From contig CASFCH010000055.1 in NCBI GenBank assembly GCA_949293315.1, positions 12,922-76,921 on the forward strand: 64,000 nucleotides of DNA, in the 5' to 3' direction. The position numbers and the translations under genes are program-made. The stretch is from an uncultured Oscillospiraceae bacterium. Its GTDB lineage: Bacteria > Bacillota > Clostridia > Oscillospirales > Acutalibacteraceae. The notes under the pieces were generated by a model that saw only the letters and a program-made list of their open reading frames with translations, was not told the DNA's origin and did no database searches. Of this stretch, positions 55,685-64,000 are shown piece by piece; the first letter of the stretch is position 1; each line of letters opens with the position of its first letter.

Positions 55685-57439
55685 TTATCTGCGCACCAGG
55701 AGATAGGTGCCGCTGTTCCGGGCGTTCTGCGGGATTGCGCTCAGATTGAACACATCCCAGGAAAGGTTATCGTTAAACAGCTCTCCGTTTTCCAGCACGG
55801 TATATTCGTTTTCGAGTTTGGCCTTCAGCTCGGGATATTTGTCGATGCCGAACCAGTCGGAATAGACGATGTATTTGCCCGTGTACCGCATCAGCTTTTC
55901 GTACTCCTCCTCTTGGCAGGCCCAGTCGTCCCCGGGCTGCCAGCGCTGCATGGGCAGATTAAAGAAATAGCGGCTGTAGGATGGGGCGTCGGCGTAAAAG
56001 GCGGCATAGCCGCAGTCTAAAAACAGGACGGGCTCATCCGCGAAGTCCTCGGGGAAGGCCTGACTGTTGATGGCAACGCTCTCCCGCTCGATCGCCGTGA
56101 TGTTGCGGAAATACGGTGCGATAAACGACGCGTAGTTCATCCAGAAGAACAGGCTGACGGTGAGCGTGAGCGCCCCCAAAGCCTTTTTGAGCGCCGGATT
56201 CCTTCCGGCGGCGCCGATCAGTACGGCCAGCAGGATCAGATGGAGGAGGACGAGCAGTACCGTGGAGCGGTTGATGATCCCAAACTGTTCAAGGCCGTCG
56301 AGCATGAGGCGGCAGAACAGCGTGGCGGCAAAGGCGACACCGGCGCACAGGAGAATACCCGGGGAGCACTGCCGGATTTCAAGGGAAAACAGCAAAATGC
56401 TGACGATGCCGGGCAGCATCAGCAAAAAGTAGTGGTACGGGAAATAGGTGTTGGATACGATAATGATGTCCATTGAGAGGATCCACAGCAGTACAAGGGA
56501 GGCGAACGCCGCCCACTGCCTGCCCTTGAGCATTTTGACCAGCGTTCCCACGGCCGCAAGGATACCCAGCGTTAAAAAGGGGATATTGACGGCGCCGGTG
56601 ATGAACTCCGTGCAGAATCTGTCCGCCATCTCCCGGAGGCTGACGGAGGATCCCGCCGACAGGAGTGTGGACTGATAGTTGGACGCGTACCCCATATCCC
56701 TGAATTCCTGGGGGTAAATCAGGGCCAGCAGCGCTGCGAACACCAGCTCAAACGCGATCAGGGAGAGGATCGGAATTCCATAATTTTTGGGCCGGATGCG
56801 CCGTTTTGCAGCCAGATCAAACAGGATCGCGCACAGGATCGCCGAAATAAAGAGCAGGATGAAGACGGATTTAAAAAAGAAGAGCAGCGATCCGACGAGC
56901 CCGGACAAAACAAGGCTCCAGCTTTTTCCATGCAGGATGCACGCGGCGGACAAAAGGCAGAGGACCACACCCGTCATCTCCGCCTGAAGCTGGATGATGG
57001 AGGTAACGGTAAAAACAGATAAAAATGCGACAAAGAATGCGACGCAGCGCTGCTTCCCGGAAAGGGGCAGCAGATAGGCGGAAAGAGCCAAAAGCAGCAG
57101 GATAAAGAGACTGTAAAAGGCCTTGGCCGTAAATTCAAAGGCGACTTTGTGCTCGAAGCCGGCGATCCAGTCGGCCGGCAGATAGATCAGGTACATCAGC
57201 AGCCGGTTGGCGATCCCCTTGAGCTCCCAGGCGTCAAGGACGGCAAGCAGACCGGAGGAGGGCTGATACTTTACCTGATTGGCGGCGGCGAAAAACACCT
57301 TGATATCTCCGGTGAACGGCGTGGCAATAAAAGAATACAGCGCGACCGCGCCCATGCATGCCAGCAGCGCCCAGCAGCAGGCGGCGAGCTTCCTGTTTTG
57401 CGCCAGTGCGGAAATTTTCCCGATCCATTTTTCCTTCAT
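55685..57439 (-). CDS. Large polytopic membrane protein with a C-terminal soluble domain (possibly GT-C-like)
   Basis: Start MKEKWIGKI follows GGGGGA. It has ~13 TM segments and then a ~150-aa hydrophilic tail. Confidence 0.5.
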   Translation of the reverse strand: MKEKWIGKISALAQNRKLAACCWALLACMGAVALYSFIATPFTGDIKVFFAAANQVKYQPSSGLLAVLDAWELKGIANRLLMYLIYLPADWIAGFEHKVAFEFTAKAFYSLFILLLLALSAYLLPLSGKQRCVAFFVAFLSVFTVTSIIQLQAEMTGVVLCLLSAACILHGKSWSLVLSGLVGSLLFFFKSVFILLFISAILCAILFDLAAKRRIRPKNYGIPILSLIAFELVFAALLALIYPQEFRDMGYASNYQSTLLSAGSSVSLREMADRFCTEFITGAVNIPFLTLGILAAVGTLVKMLKGRQWAAFASLVLLWILSMDIIIVSNTYFPYHYFLLMLPGIVSILLFSLEIRQCSPGILLCAGVAFAATLFCRLMLDGLEQFGIINRSTVLLVLLHLILLAVLIGAAGRNPALKKALGALTLTVSLFFWMNYASFIAPYFRNITAIERESVAINSQAFPEDFADEPVLFLDCGYAAFYADAPSYSRYFFNLPMQRWQPGDDWACQEEEYEKLMRYTGKYIVYSDWFGIDKYPELKAKLENEYTVLENGELFNDNLSWDVFNLSAIPQNARNSGTYLLVRR

Positions 57440-57661
57440 TTCGCTTCCCCCTACATCTATCAGGCGAACCGCATGTTGCCGGGCTTTTGCCCTTCGCGGC
57501 GCGCTCCTTTTGCCTGTATACTGCCCAGCGCCCATCTCGTACTTTATCATAATGGATCGAATACCGGGTGTCAAGAGCGCGGCGGGATAGAATCCGGAAT
57601 ATCGGCTGCGGGATCCATGTAAGAAAACCGCCCGCCGCGGGGCCCGGGCGGGCGTACTCTG

Positions 57662-58972
57662 TTATTTCCTGTGATCCGCGCTGTCTCCCGGAGGGGGTTC
57701 GGCTGCGGAAGTCTCCGTTTTCCCTCTGCCCGTAAAGCGGGAAAAGAGATGGCCCTCCCGTTTTTTAAGCGGGCGATTGAGTGCGGATTCCTCCTGCTGC
57801 TCCAGAGATACACCGGCGGCGTTGACCACCTCGTCGGTGATGTCGCGGTCCCGCAGGTTTTTATTCACGGCCTGGCGGATCAGACAGTAGAGGATAGAGG
57901 CGACCGGAACGCTGATGAGCATGCCGGTGATCCCGCCCACATCTCCGCCGACCAGCACCGCGAGCATGACCCACAGACTCGGCAGACCGACGGAGGAACC
58001 CACCACGCGCGGGTAGATGAAATCCCCCTCAAACTGCTGCATGATGATGATATACAGTACAAACCACACGGCCTTCATAGGGCTGTCCATCAGGATGATC
58101 AGTGCGCCTACCGCCGTGCCGATCAGCGCGCCGAAGATTGGGATCAGCGCCGTGAACCCGATCAGCGCGCTGATCATGGGCGCGTAGGGGATCCGCAGGA
58201 CTGTCATCCCCGCAAAGCAGAGGATCCCGATGATGACGGCCTCTGTCAGCTGACCGGTGACAAAGCGGTAGAACATCCGACTGGTCAGCTTGCCGATGGA
58301 GATCAGGTATTCGGCCGCCCTTTCCGGAAGAAAGGCGAGGGTGAGCTTTTTGGTCTGAAGGCAGAGCTTTTCCTTCTGCATCAGGATATATCCGGCAAAG
58401 ACGACCCCCAGTACAAAGGAGAAGATCCCGGACGCGACGGAGACCGTTGTCCCGATCGCGGACTGGAGCATATCGGGGGCGTTCTCCTGAAGCCAGGCGG
58501 TCAGCTTGTCAAGCAGAGAACGCCACTCGAAGCTGCGCAGAATATCGGAACTGATGTCGAACCGGGACAGGAAGCTGTCATACCAGGTCTGGAGCTGTTC
58601 CAGATATGCCGGCATGGAGCCGATGAGCAGCTTGATGGACGCGACGAGCTGTGGGATGATCAGGAAGAGGATCAGCGCAATGATTCCCGCCACAAACAGA
58701 TAGGTCAGCAAGACGGCCACGGGCCGGCGCATCCGTTTCCAGAGCCGCCAGTTTTTCCGATCGATCGGGCGGAACAGGTGCTCCTCAATGACGCGCATAA
58801 AGACATTCAGGATAAAGGCGATGCAGATCCCGGCGATGAACGGGGACAGGATCTGGAACCCCTTGCCGAGAAAGGAGAGAATCAGATTTATGTTTTTCAG
58901 CGCGAGATAAAAGACGATGGATGCGGCCACAATCAGAAAAATGCGCTTGACGTTCTTTTTGTTCAGTTCCAT
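57662..58972 (-). CDS. AI-2E family transporter (PerM/YhhT-like)
   Basis: 436 aa with 8 TM-like segments, matching the AI-2E family pattern. Confidence 0.75.
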   Translation of the reverse strand: MELNKKNVKRIFLIVAASIVFYLALKNINLILSFLGKGFQILSPFIAGICIAFILNVFMRVIEEHLFRPIDRKNWRLWKRMRRPVAVLLTYLFVAGIIALILFLIIPQLVASIKLLIGSMPAYLEQLQTWYDSFLSRFDISSDILRSFEWRSLLDKLTAWLQENAPDMLQSAIGTTVSVASGIFSFVLGVVFAGYILMQKEKLCLQTKKLTLAFLPERAAEYLISIGKLTSRMFYRFVTGQLTEAVIIGILCFAGMTVLRIPYAPMISALIGFTALIPIFGALIGTAVGALIILMDSPMKAVWFVLYIIIMQQFEGDFIYPRVVGSSVGLPSLWVMLAVLVGGDVGGITGMLISVPVASILYCLIRQAVNKNLRDRDITDEVVNAAGVSLEQQEESALNRPLKKREGHLFSRFTGRGKTETSAAEPPPGDSADHRK

Positions 58973-59148
58973 GCGTTCCTCCTTTTCCGGCGTGGTTGTG
59001 TAACTGTTTTGATTCTATTCAGGGAAATGGGCGATTTTGATATTTCCTTTCCCATCCGTTTCAGGTATAATAGAGAAGAGAGGCGTCCCCTGCCGTGATT
59101 GTTGGCAGCTGGATGCCGGAATAATCGAAAACACCGGAGGGATTTTCA

Positions 59149-59892
59149 GTGGGATTGTTCTCATTTCGGGAGCCCCGATACGGGCTCATACCCCGCCCCC
59201 GCGGGAAGACGAGCGCCGTGATCGTGGCGGCGGGCTCCTCCACGCGGATGAAGAGCGTCAATAAGCAGTTTTTAGAGCTCGGCGGCATGCCGGTGCTCGC
59301 GCGGACGATCCGGGCGTTTGAGTTTACTGATATCATAAGTGAAATCGTTGTCTGTGTCAAGCGGGAGGACCTTGGCCGCACAAGGGAGCTGGTTGAAAGA
59401 TACCGGTTTAAAAAGGTTCGCGATATCGCGCTGGGCGGAGATACCCGTCAGGACAGCGTGCTTCATGCGCTGGAGCTGGTTTCCCCGGACGCGCAGTGGG
59501 TTGCCATCCACGACGGGGCGCGCCCCTTTGTCACGCCGGATGAGATCACACGCTGCGCCCTCGCGTGCGAGGCGTACGGGGCCGCGTCCCTGGCCGTCCC
59601 GGTCAAGGACACGATCAAGGTCGTGGACGACCGGGGATTCGTCACCGCTACGCCGGAGCGCGATACGCTGCGCGCCGTGCAGACGCCGCAGGTGTTCGGG
59701 CTGGAGGCGTATCGGGCGGCTGTGGCGAAGCTGGGCGATGCGGTCCGCTCCTTTACGGACGACTGCCGTCTGATGGAGGAGATCGGCACCCCCGTGTTTC
59801 TGGTGGACGGCAGCTATGAGAATATCAAGATCACCACGCCGGAGGATATTCCCGCGGCGGAGGCGATCCTCAGAAGCAGAGGGGAGGAGTAG
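59149..59892 (+). CDS. ispD: 2-C-methyl-D-erythritol 4-phosphate cytidylyltransferase
   Basis: GTG start after GGAGGG. Contains [11 protein letters not shown] and [10 protein letters not shown]. Confidence 0.9.
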   Translation: MGLFSFREPRYGLIPRPRGKTSAVIVAAGSSTRMKSVNKQFLELGGMPVLARTIRAFEFTDIISEIVVCVKREDLGRTRELVERYRFKKVRDIALGGDTRQDSVLHALELVSPDAQWVAIHDGARPFVTPDEITRCALACEAYGAASLAVPVKDTIKVVDDRGFVTATPERDTLRAVQTPQVFGLEAYRAAVAKLGDAVRSFTDDCRLMEEIGTPVFLVDGSYENIKITTPEDIPAAEAILRSRGEE

Positions 59893-59894
59893 CC

Positions 59895-60374
59895 GTGCGG
59901 ATCGGTCATGGGTATGATGTCCATCGCCTGACGGAAAACAGGGATTTGATCGTCGGTGGGGTAAAGATTGCGTATGAGCTGGGCCTGCTCGGGCACTCGG
60001 ATGCGGACGTGCTGCTGCACGCGGTGGCGGATGCGCTGCTGGGCGCCGCGGCCCTGGGCGATATCGGCGGCATGTTTCCGGACACGGACGAGCGCTTTCG
60101 GGGGGCGGACAGCCGTATGCTGCTGCGTCAGGTGGTCTCCGCCGTGCGGGAGCGGGGCTATACGGTCGGCAATATCGATGCCACGATCATCGCCCAGCGC
60201 CCGAAGATGAAGCCCTACATCGCGCAGATGGCGCAGAACATCGCGGATGACTGCGGCGTGGATGTCTCCTGCGTCAATGTCAAGGCCACCACGGAGGAGG
60301 GGCTGGGCTTTACCGGGACGGGTGAGGGCATCTCCGCCCACGCAGTCTGCCTGCTGGCGGAGGTGCGGCCGTGA
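59895..60374 (+). CDS. ispF: 2-C-methyl-D-erythritol 2,4-cyclodiphosphate synthase
   Basis: [11 protein letters not shown] and [10 protein letters not shown] motifs. Confidence 0.95.
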   Translation: MRIGHGYDVHRLTENRDLIVGGVKIAYELGLLGHSDADVLLHAVADALLGAAALGDIGGMFPDTDERFRGADSRMLLRQVVSAVRERGYTVGNIDATIIAQRPKMKPYIAQMAQNIADDCGVDVSCVNVKATTEEGLGFTGTGEGISAHAVCLLAEVRP

Positions 60375-60522
60375 CAGAAAGGAAACGAAACGGCCGGATC
60401 TATTATGTTGTCCGGGGAACTATCGTTGTCCCGTCGACTGTCCGATGGCCGCGGCGGTGTCCGCCGGTCTGATCCTGTACTTTTTGACTGAAGTGAAAAA
60501 ATAGCCGGACTTTAGACCGGCA

Positions 60523-60557
60523 GGGGAGGGGAACGCATCCGCGCGCCCCTCCCTTTT
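60523..60557 (+). terminator. Rho-independent terminator after ispDF
   Basis: GGGGAGGGG...CCCCTCCC hairpin followed by TTTT. Confidence 0.65.
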
Positions 60558-60624
60558 CGATTTCGGCCGGAACGGCAGTGCGCGCCGGGCATAAACTGGT
60601 TAGTATAAAAGAGGTGATACAGCG

Positions 60625-60843
60625 ATGGAATATTCCACTTTAAAAATAAAAACAATCACACAGGCTGAACGCGGCAGGGAACTGCTGCTCGCCCGGGGAT
60701 ACCGGGCCCGCATCCGGCGCAGTGCCGTTACGGCCGACACGGAGGGGTGCGGCTACAGCATTCAGGTCAACTGCGGCTATGACACGGCCGCCGGTATTTT
60801 AAGCCGGGAGGGGATCCATGTGCTGGGGCGTGGTGAGCCTTGA
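60625..60843 (+). CDS. DUF3343-like small protein (putative S/Se carrier-like)
   Basis: 72 aa. It is adjacent to, and translationally overlapping, a class V aminotransferase gene, which is the usual context for this family. Confidence 0.6.
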   Translation: MEYSTLKIKTITQAERGRELLLARGYRARIRRSAVTADTEGCGYSIQVNCGYDTAAGILSREGIHVLGRGEP

Positions 60844-61991
60844 TCTATTTTGACAACGCGGCCACCACCTACCCGAAGCCGCGCAGTGTGCCGAACGCGG
60901 TCTATGCGGCTTTTCGCAGATATGGAGCCAATCCGGGACGTGCGGGCCACAATCTCTCGCTCGCCACGGCGGGGCAGGTTTACCGCTGCCGGAAGGCGCT
61001 GGCGGAGCTGTTCGGCGCGCCGGATGAGGAGCACGTCGCCTTTACGCTCAACTGCACCCATGCGCTGAATATGGCGATCAAGGGGCTTCTCTCTCCGGGC
61101 GACCACGTGGTGACCTCGGATCTGGAGCACAACGCCGTGATGCGTCCGCTGGAGGAACTGCGCCGCCGCGGGGAGATCACGTATACGGCGGCGCATGTGC
61201 ATATGGGGAACCCCGCCGCCACACTGGCGGAGTTCGAGCGGGCGATCGGGCCCCGGACGCGCCTGATCGTCTGCACGCATGTCTCCAACGTGTTCGGGGT
61301 GATCCTCCCGATCGAGCAGATCGGGGCGCTGGCGGCGCGGCGCGGTCTGTGCTTTGTGGTGGACTGTGCGCAGTCGGCGGGCGTTCTGCCGGTGGATCTG
61401 AAAAGATGCCATGCCGACTGCCTGTGCATGCCGGGGCACAAGGGACTGTACGGTCCTATGGGCACAGGGGCCCTGATCTGCGGCGGAGCGCGGACCATGC
61501 GCACGATCATCGAGGGCGGCACGGGCAGCCTGTCCAAGAGCTTGGAACAGCCTGAACTGCTCCCCGACCGGTTTGAATCAGGCACGATCAACGTCCCGGG
61601 AATTGCCGGGCTGTACGCCGGGACGCTCTTCGTCCGCTCCGCGGGGATTGAGACGATCCGCCGCCACGAGGAGAGCGTAGCCGGTGAGATCCACGGCGCG
61701 CTCACGGAGATCCGGGGCGTGCGCCTGTACACGCCCGCCCCGCGCGCCGGCGTCCTCGCACCGGTGCTCTCCTTTAACATCGACGGCCTTGGGAGCGAAC
61801 AGACGGCGGCGCTGCTCAATGAGGCGGGGATCGCCGTGCGGGCCGGGCTGCACTGTGCGCCGGCGGCCCACCGGACGTTTGGAACACTGGGGACGGGGAC
61901 CGTCCGCGTCTCCCCCGGGGCGTTCAACACCCGGCGGGACGGAATGCGGCTGATAAAATCTGTATTTCAAATTGCAAAATCACGTAAATGA
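60840..61991 (+). CDS. Cysteine desulfurase family protein (aminotransferase class V)
   Basis: TTG start giving IYFDNAATTYPKP. Contains the GHKGLYGP PLP-lysine region. Confidence 0.85.
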   Translation: MIYFDNAATTYPKPRSVPNAVYAAFRRYGANPGRAGHNLSLATAGQVYRCRKALAELFGAPDEEHVAFTLNCTHALNMAIKGLLSPGDHVVTSDLEHNAVMRPLEELRRRGEITYTAAHVHMGNPAATLAEFERAIGPRTRLIVCTHVSNVFGVILPIEQIGALAARRGLCFVVDCAQSAGVLPVDLKRCHADCLCMPGHKGLYGPMGTGALICGGARTMRTIIEGGTGSLSKSLEQPELLPDRFESGTINVPGIAGLYAGTLFVRSAGIETIRRHEESVAGEIHGALTEIRGVRLYTPAPRAGVLAPVLSFNIDGLGSEQTAALLNEAGIAVRAGLHCAPAAHRTFGTLGTGTVRVSPGAFNTRRDGMRLIKSVFQIAKSRK

Positions 61992-62104
61992 TGATAAACT
62001 ATTTATAATAGGCCGTTTTATATCATGCGGATTTAGTGAAAAGATCGGGGCCGCCGGATGGCGGCGGCCCCGGATGGAATCTGGTCATACAGGGAAGGGT
62101 GCAT

Positions 62105-63031
62105 ATGGCGAATTTGGCGTTATTGAGCATTGCCGATACATTCCGGTCCACCGTGGGGGATTTTTTCAGCCAGCTGTGGCTGGCCATACAGGGATTCGGC
62201 TTTTCGGATTTTCTGGACATCCTGCTGGTCGCCTTTATCGTCTACGGGGCGATCAAGCTTATCCGCGAGACGCGCGCCGTCCAGCTGATGAAGGGGATTT
62301 TTATCCTGGTGCTCGTCTACCTGCTCGTCACCTGGTTCAAGATGGAGGCGATGAGCTATATCCTCAGCAAGCTATTCGATATCGCGCTGATTGCCGTTAT
62401 CGTCCTCTTTCAGCCGGAGATCCGCCATGCGCTTGAAAGCGTAGGGCGCAAGAACCTCTCACGCCTGGGGATCTTTGGCCTGCGGGGCGATCAGCAGCTC
62501 CGGGATATTGAGCGCGCCCGCGGGGCGATCATCGCCGTCTCCCGCGCCTGCGCCGATATGAGCGCCAAAAAGGTCGGCGCCCTGATCGTCTTTGAGAAGG
62601 AGACGCTTCTGGGTGAGATCATCAAAACCGGGACAGGCGTGAATGCGGATGTGACCGAGGAGCTTGTGGGCAACATCTTTTATAAGGGAGCGCCGCTGCA
62701 CGACGGGGCGATGGTCATACGGGACGGACGGATCTGTGCGGCGGGCTGCATCCTGCCGCTGACGAGCAACAATTCCATCTCCTCCGCGCTGGGGACCCGT
62801 CACCGTGCCGCGCTGGGAGTGAGCGAGCAGTGCGACGCGATGGTGGTCGTCGTCTCCGAGGAGACGGGGGCGATCTCCATCGCCTGCAGGGGCATTCTGA
62901 TGCGCTCGATCACCAGCGCCCAGCTGCGCCAGAAGCTGACGGAGCATATCCTCGGCGATGCGGAAAAGCTGTATGAGCAGAGCTTCTTTGACCGCATGAA
63001 GGACAGCCTGAAAGGGAGGGGCAAAAAATGA
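62105..63031 (+). CDS. cdaA: Diadenylate cyclase CdaA
   Basis: Three N-terminal TM segments and the DGA (LHDGAMVI) and RHR (GTRHRAALG) motifs. Confidence 0.9.
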   Translation: MANLALLSIADTFRSTVGDFFSQLWLAIQGFGFSDFLDILLVAFIVYGAIKLIRETRAVQLMKGIFILVLVYLLVTWFKMEAMSYILSKLFDIALIAVIVLFQPEIRHALESVGRKNLSRLGIFGLRGDQQLRDIERARGAIIAVSRACADMSAKKVGALIVFEKETLLGEIIKTGTGVNADVTEELVGNIFYKGAPLHDGAMVIRDGRICAAGCILPLTSNNSISSALGTRHRAALGVSEQCDAMVVVVSEETGAISIACRGILMRSITSAQLRQKLTEHILGDAEKLYEQSFFDRMKDSLKGRGKK

Positions 63032-64000
63032 GCCGAAAAACAGCGGATCGGAAACTGAGCCTCCACAATTTGTTTTACAATAATAAATTTGTCCTGTTCT
63101 TTTCCCTGTTGGCCGCCATTGCGATCTGGGCCGTGGTCACGGTGACGCAGGCCCCCGTGGTGGAGCAGGTGATCTCCAACGTTGCGGTTACCATTGATAT
63201 GGGGGATAATTCCCAGCCCGCGCGGCTCGGCCTCCAGCCCTTCGGGGTGACGGATATGCGTGTCAATGTGCGGGTCAGCGGAAAGCGATATGAGATCCGC
63301 GCGCTCAGTGCGGACGATATCCTTGTCACGGCGGATACCAGCGGCGTCGGCGCGGCCGGCACGCACACACTGCAGCTGCGGGCCGAGTGTGAAAATGAGG
63401 ACGTCGATATCGTCTCCATTTCGCAGCAGTCCGTGGACGTCTATTTTGACGCCTATAAAGAGCAGACCTACACGCTTGTTCCGGAGATCGACGCGCCAAA
63501 CGGCGTGGTGCCGGAGGGGTACACCTATACGCAGTCCGATCTCTCCACGCAGAGCATCGTCATCAGCGGCCCGGCCACGGAGCTGAATACGATCGACCGC
63601 GTCGTGGCCACAGTCAAGATCGATACGCCGCTGACGGCGACGCCCTCCGCTCCGCTGGTGGCGTCTGTCACGCCGGAGACTGCGTCCGGGGAGATGCCCC
63701 GATACGTCACGATCAAGGACAGCGGTGATGTCACCCTGAATATTCAGGTGCTCAAGGTGCGCACCCTGCCCACGGCGGTGACCTTCGCGGGCGCGCCGAG
63801 CGCCTATGCCGCCGCGCCGCTGCCCTATGAGGTGAGTCCCGCGTCGGTCACGGTGGCCGGTGCGCCCGACACGATCGATTCCCTCACCTCCTTTATTGTG
63901 GGGACGGTGGATTTCAGCCGGATCGGCGAGGGCGGCGGCACCTACTACTTTAAGGCGGCGGATATCAGCGGATTTAAAGTGATGGACGATGTGGATACGT
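63028..64000 (+). CDS. cdaR: CdaA regulatory protein CdaR (YbbR-domain protein), 3' end beyond the window
   Basis: ATG overlaps the cdaA stop and the frame stays open to position 64000. It has an N-terminal TM segment and repeated YbbR-like beta-rich modules. It is absent from the ORF track because no stop codon falls in the window. Confidence 0.8.
   Translation, partial: MSRKTADRKLSLHNLFYNNKFVLFFSLLAAIAIWAVVTVTQAPVVEQVISNVAVTIDMGDNSQPARLGLQPFGVTDMRVNVRVSGKRYEIRALSADDILVTADTSGVGAAGTHTLQLRAECENEDVDIVSISQQSVDVYFDAYKEQTYTLVPEIDAPNGVVPEGYTYTQSDLSTQSIVISGPATELNTIDRVVATVKIDTPLTATPSAPLVASVTPETASGEMPRYVTIKDSGDVTLNIQVLKVRTLPTAVTFAGAPSAYAAAPLPYEVSPASVTVAGAPDTIDSLTSFIVGTVDFSRIGEGGGTYYFKAADISGFKVMDDVDT

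Noticed and set aside
57440-57574. Upstream extension of the 55685..57574 ORF (starts at M1, M9 or M14).
   Set aside because: The extension overlaps a good promoter and lacks an RBS. The MKEKW start has a GGGGGA RBS and immediately precedes the first TM helix.
60430-60504. Possible 19-aa hydrophobic peptide MAAAVSAGLILYFLTEVKK after ispF, considered as another toxin-like small ORF.
   Set aside because: It has no Shine-Dalgarno, no promoter and no antisense partner. It sits between ispF and the operon terminator, so it is probably fortuitous.
35203-64000. Presence of both gdpP and cdaA-cdaR (c-di-AMP turnover and synthesis) as something unusual.
   Set aside because: Both sit in their standard conserved Firmicute contexts (gdpP-rplI-dnaB and cdaA-cdaR). 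This is ordinary housekeeping.
1-64000. Search for prophage, transposon, integron, defence-system or CRISPR-Cas content.
   Set aside because: I recognised no integrase, transposase, recombinase, nuclease/helicase defence-type genes or spacer arrays on either strand.

Overview
High-GC Firmicutes/Clostridia-type chromosomal segment; this taxonomic placement is inferred from gene content and synteny. Most of the window is a conserved housekeeping backbone: a type IIA topoisomerase B/A pair, trmN6-like/rsmI, rnhA, RNase J, gdpP-rplI-dnaB, tilS-hpt-ftsH, ispD-ispF, a DUF3343/cysteine desulfurase pair, and cdaA-cdaR. Accessory blocks that look lower in GC are interleaved with it. These are a C-S lyase/redoxin fusion with an amino-acid permease, an orphan lantibiotic-immunity-type ABC operon with its two-component system, a second RR-ABC-HK module, a GT-C/GT2 glycosylation pair, a heterodimeric ABC exporter, and three glycoside hydrolases (GH89, GH29, GH31). 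I found no rRNA, tRNA, CRISPR array, transposase, integrase or recognisable phage or defence genes. The most interesting signal is absent from the ORF track. The 'intergenic' region 2273-2931 holds two tandem 318-bp copies of a compact convergent module. Each copy has a consensus sigma-70 promoter driving a ~90-nt terminator-ended small RNA on the + strand. Opposite it, each copy has a promoter, a Shine-Dalgarno-sequestering 5' hairpin and a 24-aa hydrophobic peptide ORF on the - strand. Inside the ORF the two copies differ only by three synonymous third-position changes. This architecture matches a duplicated type I toxin-antitoxin-like locus, but that reading is a hypothesis from sequence alone. 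All coordinates, folds and family calls were made by eye without tools and need computational confirmation.
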